Shown one piece after another: positions 53,601 to 64,000 of a DNA stretch of 64,000 nucleotides (position 1 is the stretch's first letter; every line of letters starts with the position of its first letter). Both the position numbers and the translations under genes were made by a program. The stretch is from Paramoeba atlantica (Eukaryota > Protista > Discosea), in the NCBI GenBank assembly GCA_977017575.1, contig CDRNVI010000192.1:45520-109519 (forward strand). The letters are read 5' to 3'. The notes under the pieces are model-generated. The model was not told the DNA's origin, did no database searches, and saw only the letters and a program-made list of their open reading frames with translations.

Positions 53601-56600
53601 TGCTCACGTACCGCGCATCTACGGCAATTCCTTGCTTTTTAATTACATTCAAAACCTTTTCAAGTTCGTCAGAAACGCCGGAAGATTTCGATGTTTTCCT
53701 ATTAAATTATCGAAGTAAAGCAAAAATTATCGAAGTAAAGTGAAGAAAATATTGTCCTAAGAATCTTCTTCTAAGAAATATTATATGAAATAACGAAACA
53801 AAAGTACATTACACGTAAACTTTATGCGTAAAAGTGCAGTATATGCTAAAGATGTATTCAAGATTGCACTGGTTGGTGCGTGCATGAAACACGTTAACCA
53901 CTGCACACTTCCTAAAATTCTTTTCGTAAACTCTTAGAATTTCATTTTGTGTGAATATCGTACTTTGTAGAGATCCTATATAAGTATACGCCCATTCAGG
54001 GTAAGGTTTACAATAACTATCAAAACATATAGTTGCAGAATAGAATGATATCAACATTCGTTTTGTCGACCTATAATATAAACTACCTAAATCAAAACTA
54101 TACGATAGGGCATCGCGCCTGGCCGGCGCCACCACCCTCTCGCTACTAACTTTCCACCCCTTTCGCGTTATCAGGGTCTGCCTCGGCATAACGAAGTCGG
54201 CTGATTTTGTCCGCAGGGTTACTTTTCGTGCTCACGTACCGCGCATCTACGGCAATTCCTTGCTTTTTAATTACATTCAAAACCTTTTCAAGTTCGTCAG
54301 AAACGCCGGAAGATTTCGATATTTTCCTATTAAATTATCGAAGTAAAGCAAAAATTATCGAAGTAAAGTGAAGAAAATATTGTCCTAAGAATCTTCTTCT
54401 AAGAAATATTATATGAAATAACGAAACAAAAGTACATTACACGTAAACTTTATGCGTAAAAGTGCAGTATATGCTAAAGATGTATTCAAGATTGCACTGG
54501 TTGGTGCGTGCATGAAACACGTTAACCACTGCACACTTCCTAAAATTCTTTTCGTAAACTCTTAGAATTTCATTTTGTGTGAATATCGTACTTTGTAGAG
54601 ATCCTATATAAGTATACGCCCATTCAGGGTAAGGTTTACAATAACTATCAAAACATATAGTTGCAGAATAGAATGATATCAACATTCGTTTTGTCGACCT
54701 ATAATATAAACTACCTAAATCAAAACTATACGATAGGGCATCGCGCCTGGCCGGCGCCACCACCCTCTCGCTACTAACTTTCCACCCCTTTCGCGTTATC
54801 AGGGTCTGCCTCGGCATAACGAAGTCGGCTGATTTTGTCCGCAGGGTTACTTTTCGTGCTCACGTACCGCGCATCTACGGCAATTCCTTGCTTTTTAATT
54901 ACATTCAAAACCTTTTCAAGTTCGTCAGAAACGCCGGAAGATTTCGATATTTTCCTATTAAATTATCGAAGTAAAGCAAAAATTATCGAAGTAAAGTGAA
55001 GAAAATATTGTCCTAAGAATCTTCTTCTAAGAAATATTATATGAAATAACGAAACAAAAGTACATTACACGTAAACTTTATGCGTAAAAGTGCAGTATAT
55101 GCTAAAGATGTATTCAAGATTGCACTGGTTGGTGCGTGCATGAAACACGTTAACCACTGCACACTTCCTAAAATTCTTTTCGTAAACTCTTAGAATTTCA
55201 TTTTGTGTGAATATCGTACTTTGTAGAGATCCTATATAAAGTATACGCCCATTCAGGGTAAGGTTTACAATAACTATCAAAACATATAGTTGCAGAATAG
55301 AATGATATCAACATTCGTTTTGTCGACCTATAATATAAACTACCTAAATCAAAACTATACGATAGGGCATCGCGCCTGGCCGGCGCCACCACCCTCTCGC
55401 TACTAACTTTCCACCCCTTTCGCGTTATCAGGGTCTGCCTCGGCATAACGAAGTCGGCTGATTTTGTCCGCAGGGTTACTTTTCGTGCTCACGTACCGCG
55501 CATCTACGGCAATTCCTTGCTTTTTAATTACATTCAAAACCTTTTCAAGTTCGTCAGAAACGCCGGAAGATTTCGATATTTTCCTATTAAATTATCGAAG
55601 TAAAGCAAAAATTATCGAAGTAAAGTGAAGAAAATATTGTCCTAAGAATCTTCTTCTAAGAAATATTATATGAAATAACGAAACAAAAGTACATTACACG
55701 TAAACTTTATGCGTAAAAGTGCAGTATATGCTAAAGATGTATTCAAGATTGCACTGGTTGGTGCGTGCATGAAACACGTTAACCACTGCACACTTCCTAA
55801 AATTCTTTTCGTAAACTCTTAGAATTTCATTTTGTGTGAATATCGTACTTTGTAGAGATCCTATATAAGTATACGCCCATTCAGGGTAAGGTTTACAATA
55901 ACTATCAAAACATATAGTTGCAGAATAGAATGATATCAACATTCGTTTTGTCGACCTATAATATAAACTACCTAAATCAAAACTATACGATAGGGCATCG
56001 CGCCTGGCCGGCGCCACCACCCTCTCGCTACTAACTTTCCACCCCTTTCGCGTTATCAGGGTCTGCCTCGGCATAACGAAGTCGGCTGATTTTGTCCGCA
56101 GGGTTACTTTTCGTGCTCACGTACCGCGCATCTACGGCAATTCCTTGCTTTTTAATTACATTCAAAACCTTTTCAAGTTCGTCAGAAACGCCGGAAGATT
56201 TCGATATTTTCCTATTAAATTATCGAAGTAAAGCAAAAATTATCGAAGTAAAGTGAAGAAAATATTGTCCTAAGAATCTTCTTCTAAGAAATATTATATG
56301 AAATAACGAAACAAAAGTACATTACACGTAAACTTTATGCGTAAAAGTGCAGTATATGCTAAAGATGTATTCAAGATTGCACTGGTTGGTGCGTGCATGA
56401 AACACGTTAACCACTGCACACTTCCTAAAATTCTTTTCGTAAACTCTTAGAATTTCATTTTGTGTGAATATCGTACTTTGTAGAGATCCTATATAAAGTA
56501 TACGCCCATTCAGGGTAAGGTTTACAATAACTATCAAAACATATAGTTGCAGAATAGAATGATATCAACATTCGTTTTGTCGACCTATAATATAAACTAC

Positions 56601-59600
56601 CTAAATCAAAACTATACGATAGGGCATCGCGCCTGGCCGGCGCCACCACCCTCTCGCTACTAACTTTCCACCCCTTTCGCGTTATCAGGGTCTGCCTCGG
56701 CATAACGAAGTCGGCTGATTTTGTCCGCAGGGTTACTTTTCGTGCTCACGTACCGCGCATCTACGGCAATTCCTTGCTTTTTAATTACATTCAAAACCTT
56801 TTCAAGTTCGTCAGAAACGCCGGAAGATTTCGATATTTTCCTATTAAATTATCGAAGTAAAGCAAAAATTATCGAAGTAAAGTGAAGAAAATATTGTCCT
56901 AAGAATCTTCTTCTAAGAAATATTATATGAAATAACGAAACAAAAGTACATTACACGTAAACTTTATGCGTAAAAGTGCAGTATATGCTAAAGATGTATT
57001 CAAGATTGCACTGGTTGGTGCGTGCATGAAACACGTTAACCACTGCACACTTCCTAAAATTCTTTTCGTAAACTCTTAGAATTTCATTTTGTGTGAATAT
57101 CGTACTTTGTAGAGATCCTATATAAGTATACGCCCATTCAGGGTAAGGTTTACAATAACTATCAAAACATATAGTTGCAGAATAGAATGATATCAACATT
57201 CGTTTTGTCGACCTATAATATAAACTACCTAAATCAAAACTATACGATAGGGCATCGCGCCTGGCCGGCGCCACCACCCTCTCGCTACTAACTTTCCACC
57301 CCTTTCGCGTTATCAGGGTCTGCCTCGGCATAACGAAGTCGGCTGATTTTGTCCGCAGGGTTACTTTTCGTGCTCACGTACCGCGCATCTACGGCAATTC
57401 CTTGCTTTTTAATTACATTCAAAACCTTTTCAAGTTCGTCAGAAACGCCGGAAGATTTCGATATTTTCCTATTAAATTATCGAAGTAAAGCAAAAATTAT
57501 CGAAGTAAAGTGAAGAAAATATTGTCCTAAGAATCTTCTTCTAAGAAATATTATATGAAATAACGAAACAAAAGTACATTACACGTAAACTTTATGCGTA
57601 AAAGTGCAGTATATGCTAAAGATGTATTCAAGATTGCACTGGTTGGTGCGTGCATGAAACACGTTAACCACTGCACACTTCCTAAAATTCTTTTCGTAAA
57701 CTCTTAGAATTTCATTTTGTGTGAATATCGTACTTTGTAGAGATCCTATATAAGTATACGCCCATTCAGGGTAAGGTTTACAATAACTATCAAAACATAT
57801 AGTTGCAGAATAGAATGATATCAACATTCGTTTTGTCGACCTATAATATAAACTACCTAAATCAAAACTATACGATAGGGCATCGCGCCTGGCCGGCGCC
57901 ACCACCCTCTCGCTACTAACTTTCCACCCCTTTCGCGTTATCAGGGTCTGCCTCGGCATAACGAAGTCGGCTGATTTTGTCCGCAGGGTTACTTTTCGTG
58001 CTCACGTACCGCGCATCTACGGCAATTCCTTGCTTTTTAATTACATTCAAAACCTTTTCAAGTTCGTCAGAAACGCCGGAAGATTTCGATATTTTCCTAT
58101 TAAATTATCGAAGTAAAGCAAAAATTATCGAAGTAAAGTGAAGAAAATATTGTCCTAAGAATCTTCTTCTAAGAAATATTATATGAAATAACGAAACAAA
58201 AGTACATTACACGTAAACTTTATGCGTAAAAGTGCAGTATATGCTAAAGATGTATTCAAGATTGCACTGGTTGGTGCGTGCATGAAACACGTTAACCACT
58301 GCACACTTCCTAAAATTCTTTTCGTAAACTCTTAGAATTTCATTTTGTGTGAATATCGTACTTTGTAGAGATCCTATATAAGTATACGCCCATTCAGGGT
58401 AAGGTTTACAATAACTATCAAAACATATAGTTGCAGAATAGAATGATATCAACATTCGTTTTGTCGACCTATAATATAAACTACCTAAATCAAAACTATA
58501 CGATAGGGCATCGCGCCTGGCCGGCGCCACCACCCTCTCGCTACTAACTTTCCACCCCTTTCGCGTTATCAGGGTCTGCCTCGGCATAACGAAGTCGGCT
58601 GATTTTGTCCGCAGGGTTACTTTTCGTGCTCACGTACCGCGCATCTACGGCAATTCCTTGCTTTTTAATTACATTCAAAACCTTTTCAAGTTCGTCAGAA
58701 ACGCCGGAAGATTTCGATATTTTCCTATTAAATTATCGAAGTAAAGCAAAAATTATCGAAGTAAAGTGAAGAAAATATTGTCCTAAGAATCTTCTTCTAA
58801 GAAATATTATATGAAATAACGAAACAAAAGTACATTACACGTAAACTTTATGCGTAAAAGTGCAGTATATGCTAAAGATGTATTCAAGATTGCACTGGTT
58901 GGTGCGTGCATGAAACACGTTAACCACTGCACACTTCCTAAAATTCTTTTCGTAAACTCTTAGAATTTCATTTTGTGTGAATATCGTACTTTGTAGAGAT
59001 CCTATATAAAGTATACGCCCATTCAGGGTAAGGTTTACAATAACTATCAAAACATATAGTTGCAGAATAGAATGATATCAACATTCGTTTTGTCGACCTA
59101 TAATATAAACTACCTAAATCAAAACTATACGATAGGGCATCGCGCCTGGCCGGCGCCACCACCCTCTCGCTACTAACTTTCCACCCCTTTCGCGTTATCA
59201 GGGTCTGCCTCGGCATAACGAAGTCGGCTGATTTTGTCCGCAGGGTTACTTTTCGTGCTCACGTACCGCGCATCTACGGCAATTCCTTGCTTTTTAATTA
59301 CATTCAAAACCTTTTCAAGTTCGTCAGAAACGCCGGAAGATTTCGATATTTTCCTATTAAATTATCGAAGTAAAGCAAAAATTATCGAAGTAAAGTGAAG
59401 AAAATATTGTCCTAAGAATCTTCTTCTAAGAAATATTATATGAAATAACGAAACAAAAGTACATTACACGTAAACTTTATGCGTAAAAGTGCAGTATATG
59501 CTAAAGATGTATTCAAGATTGCACTGGTTGGTGCGTGCATGAAACACGTTAACCACTGCACACTTCCTAAAATTCTTTTCGTAAACTCTTAGAATTTCAT

Positions 59601-62600
59601 TTTGTGTGAATATCGTACTTTGTAGAGATCCTATATAAAGTATACGCCCATTCAGGGTAAGGTTTACAATAACTATCAAAACATATAGTTGCAGAATAGA
59701 ATGATATCAACATTCGTTTTGTCGACCTATAATATAAACTACCTAAATCAAAACTATACGATAGGGCATCGCGCCTGGCCGGCGCCACCACCCTCTCGCT
59801 ACTAACTTTCCACCCCTTTCGCGTTATCAGGGTCTGCCTCGGCATAACGAAGTCGGCTGATTTTGTCCGCAGGGTTACTTTTCGTGCTCACGTACCGCGC
59901 ATCTACGGCAATTCCTTGCTTTTTAATTACATTCAAAACCTTTTCAAGTTCGTCAGAAACGCCGGAAGATTTCGATATTTTCCTATTAAATTATCGAAGT
60001 AAAGCAAAAATTATCGAAGTAAAGTGAAGAAAATATTGTCCTAAGAATCTTCTTCTAAGAAATATTATATGAAATAACGAAACAAAAGTACATTACACGT
60101 AAACTTTATGCGTAAAAGTGCAGTATATGCTAAAGATGTATTCAAGATTGCACTGGTTGGTGCGTGCATGAAACACGTTAACCACTGCACACTTCCTAAA
60201 ATTCTTTTCGTAAACTCTTAGAATTTCATTTTGTGTGAATATCGTACTTTGTAGAGATCCTATATAAGTATACGCCCATTCAGGGTAAGGTTTACAATAA
60301 CTATCAAAACATATAGTTGCAGAATAGAATGATATCAACATTCGTTTTGTCGACCTATAATATAAACTACCTAAATCAAAACTATACGATAGGGCATCGC
60401 GCCTGGCCGGCGCCACCACCCTCTCGCTACTAACTTTCCACCCCTTTCGCGTTATCAGGGTCTGCCTCGGCATAACGAAGTCGGCTGATTTTGTCCGCAG
60501 GGTTACTTTTCGTGCTCACGTACCGCGCATCTACGGCAATTCCTTGCTTTTTAATTACATTCAAAACCTTTTCAAGTTCGTCAGAAACGCCGGAAGATTT
60601 CGATATTTTCCTATTAAATTATCGAAGTAAAGCAAAAATTATCGAAGTAAAGTGAAGAAAATATTGTCCTAAGAATCTTCTTCTAAGAAATATTATATGA
60701 AATAACGAAACAAAAGTACATTACACGTAAACTTTATGCGTAAAAGTGCAGTATATGCTAAAGATGTATTCAAGATTGCACTGGTTGGTGCGTGCATGAA
60801 ACACGTTAACCACTGCACACTTCCTAAAATTCTTTTCGTAAACTCTTAGAATTTCATTTTGTGTGAATATCGTACTTTGTAGAGATCCTATATAAGTATA
60901 CGCCCATTCAGGGTAAGGTTTACAATAACTATCAAAACATATAGTTGCAGAATAGAATGATATCAACATTCGTTTTGTCGACCTATAATATAAACTACCT
61001 AAATCAAAACTATACGATAGGGCATCGCGCCTGGCCGGCGCCACCACCCTCTCGCTACTAACTTTCCACCCCTTTCGCGTTATCAGGGTCTGCCTCGGCA
61101 TAACGAAGTCGGCTGATTTTGTCCGCAGGGTTACTTTTCGTGCTCACGTACCGCGCATCTACGGCAATTCCTTGCTTTTTAATTACATTCAAAACCTTTT
61201 CAAGTTCGTCAGAAACGCCGGAAGATTTCGATATTTTCCTATTAAATTATCGAAGTAAAGCAAAAATTATCGAAGTAAAGTGAAGAAAATATTGTCCTAA
61301 GAATCTTCTTCTAAGAAATATTATATGAAATAACGAAACAAAAGTACATTACACGTAAACTTTATGCGTAAAAGTGCAGTATATGCTAAAGATGTATTCA
61401 AGATTGCACTGGTTGGTGCGTGCATGAAACACGTTAACCACTGCACACTTCCTAAAATTCTTTTCGTAAACTCTTAGAATTTCATTTTGTGTGAATATCG
61501 TACTTTGTAGAGATCCTATATAAGTATACGCCCATTCAGGGTAAGGTTTACAATAACTATCAAAACATATAGTTGCAGAATAGAATGATATCAACATTCG
61601 TTTTGTCGACCTATAATATAAACTACCTAAATCAAAACTATACGATAGGGCATCGCGCCTGGCCGGCGCCACCACCCTCTCGCTACTAACTTTCCACCCC
61701 TTTCGCGTTATCAGGGTCTGCCTCGGCATAACGAAGTCGGCTGATTTTGTCCGCAGGGTTACTTTTCGTGCTCACGTACCGCGCATCTACGGCAATTCCT
61801 TGCTTTTTAATTACATTCAAAACCTTTTCAAGTTCGTCAGAAACGCCGGAAGATTTCGATATTTTCCTATTAAATTATCGAAGTAAAGCAAAAATTATCG
61901 AAGTAAAGTGAAGAAAATATTGTCCTAAGAATCTTCTTCTAAGAAATATTATATGAAATAACGAAACAAAAGTACATTACACGTAAACTTTATGCGTAAA
62001 AGTGCAGTATATGCTAAAGATGTATTCAAGATTGCACTGGTTGGTGCGTGCATGAAACACGTTAACCACTGCACACTTCCTAAAATTCTTTTCGTAAACT
62101 CTTAGAATTTCATTTTGTGTGAATATCGTACTTTGTAGAGATCCTATATAAGTATACGCCCATTCAGGGTAAGGTTTACAATAACTATCAAAACATATAG
62201 TTGCAGAATAGAATGATATCAACATTCGTTTTGTCGACCTATAATATAAACTACCTAAATCAAAACTATACGATAGGGCATCGCGCCTGGCCGGCGCCAC
62301 CACCCTCTCGCTACTAACTTTCCACCCCTTTCGCGTTATCAGGGTCTGCCTCGGCATAACGAAGTCGGCTGATTTTGTCCGCAGGGTTACTTTTCGTGCT
62401 CACGTACCGCGCATCTACGGCAATTCCTTGCTTTTTAATTACATTCAAAACCTTTTCAAGTTCGTCAGAAACGCCGGAAGATTTCGATATTTTCCTATTA
62501 AATTATCGAAGTAAAGCAAAAATTATCGAAGTAAAGTGAAGAAAATATTGTCCTAAGAATCTTCTTCTAAGAAATATTATATGAAATAACGAAACAAAAG

Positions 62601-64000
62601 TACATTACACGTAAACTTTATGCGTAAAAGTGCAGTATATGCTAAAGATGTATTCAAGATTGCACTGGTTGGTGCGTGCATGAAACACGTTAACCACTGC
62701 ACACTTCCTAAAATTCTTTTCGTAAACTCTTAGAATTTCATTTTGTGTGAATATCGTACTTTGTAGAGATCCTATATAAGTATACGCCCATTCAGGGTAA
62801 GGTTTACAATAACTATCAAAACATATAGTTGCAGAATAGAATGATATCAACATTCGTTTTGTCGACCTATAATATAAACTACCTAAATCAAAACTATACG
62901 ATAGGGCATCGCGCCTGGCCGGCGCCACCACCCTCTCGCTACTAACTTTCCACCCCTTTCGCGTTATCAGGGTCTGCCTCGGCATAACGAAGTCGGCTGA
63001 TTTTGTCCGCAGGGTTACTTTTCGTGCTCACGTACCGCGCATCTACGGCAATTCCTTGCTTTTTAATTACATTCAAAACCTTTTCAAGTTCGTCAGAAAC
63101 GCCGGAAGATTTCGATATTTTCCTATTAAATTATCGAAGTAAAGCAAAAATTATCGAAGTAAAGTGAAGAAAATATTGTCCTAAGAATCTTCTTCTAAGA
63201 AATATTATATGAAATAACGAAACAAAAGTACATTACACGTAAACTTTATGCGTAAAAGTGCAGTATATGCTAAAGATGTATTCAAGATTGCACTGGTTGG
63301 TGCGTGCATGAAACACGTTAACCACTGCACACTTCCTAAAATTCTTTTCGTAAACTCTTAGAATTTCATTTTGTGTGAATATCGTACTTTGTAGAGATCC
63401 TATATAAGTATACGCCCATTCAGGGTAAGGTTTACAATAACTATCAAAACATATAGTTGCAGAATAGAATGATATCAACATTCGTTTTGTCGACCTATAA
63501 TATAAACTACCTAAATCAAAAACTATACGATAGGGCATCGCGCCTGGCCGGCGCCACCACCCTCTCGCTACTAACTTTCCACCCCTTTCGCGTTATCAGG
63601 GTCTGCCTCGGCATAACGAAGTCGGCTGATTTTGTCCGCAGGGTTACTTTTCGTGCTCACGTACCGCGCATCTACGGCAATTCCTTGCTTTTTAATTACA
63701 TTCAAAACCTTTTCAAGTTCGTCAGAAACGCCGGAAGATTTCGATATTTTCCTATTAAATTATCGAAGTAAAGCAAAAATTATCGAAGTAAAGTGAAGAA
63801 AATATTGTCCTAAGAATCTTCTTCTAAGAAATATTATATGAAATAACGAAACAAAAGTACATTACACGTAAACTTTATGCGTAAAAGTGCAGTATATGCT
63901 AAAGATGTATTCAAGATTGCACTGGTTGGTGCGTGCATGAAACACGTTAACCACTGCACACTTCCTAAAATTCTTTTCGTAAACTCTTAGAATTTCATTT

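Larger units (their letters stand above)
1..64000. repeat. Tandem satellite-like array, 628/629-bp monomer, about 101.8 copies, head-to-tail, running off both window edges
   Basis: ATGATATCAACATTCG recurs at 1, 629, 1258 and onward. ORF-track anchors step by 628 or 629 from 393 to 63233, and the next anchor is at 63862. 63862-393 = 101x628+41, matching 40 monomers with an extra A plus one insertion monomer. No interruption or inversion seen. Confidence 0.99.

Noticed and set aside
63457-63771. Unique 104-aa plus-strand ORF
   Set aside because: Created by a single A insertion (A5 at 63518-63522) in one monomer joining two short frames; non-ATG start; could be a homopolymer error.
1-64000. CRISPR array
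   Set aside because: No short repeat alternating with unique spacers; the entire 628 bp repeats and there are no cas genes.
1-64000. Rolling-circle concatemer or assembly artefact of a small circular replicon
   Set aside because: Rare variants recur at exact multi-monomer periods and in regional layers, which random error or copying of one circle would not produce. No Rep ORF or recognisable origin nonamer seen. Raw reads are needed to exclude it fully.

Overview
The whole 64,000-bp window is one uninterrupted head-to-tail tandem array of a 628/629-bp monomer. It holds about 101.8 copies, all in the same orientation and nearly identical: about 19 substitutions and 3 small indels seen, most copies differing from consensus at 0-3 sites. 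I recognise no protein-coding gene, rRNA, tRNA, snRNA, CRISPR array or transposon. The ORF track is one 126-aa minus-strand ORF per monomer, split into 71-aa and 82-aa pieces in the 40 monomers carrying an extra A at TATATAA(A)G. The monomer is about 38% GC by hand count, with a core of about 57% GC (61-220) and a CpG excess (about 33 CpG per monomer). This fits a eukaryotic, probably invertebrate, satellite DNA with little CpG methylation; the host is an inference only. Variants form nested higher-order blocks of 6, 5, 5/6, 4, 3 and 7 monomers, and substitutions disappear towards the right end. The most suggestive motif is a complete plus-strand spliceosomal signal set in each monomer: GTAAGG donor, exact TACTAAC, pyrimidine tract, then the first AG. 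Weaker motifs are a U6-like TATA geometry, a CENP-B-box-like 17-mer and two hairpin-rich segments. I could not establish a new biological system from sequence alone, and all functional readings are hypotheses. Variants were found by eye, so counts are minimums.
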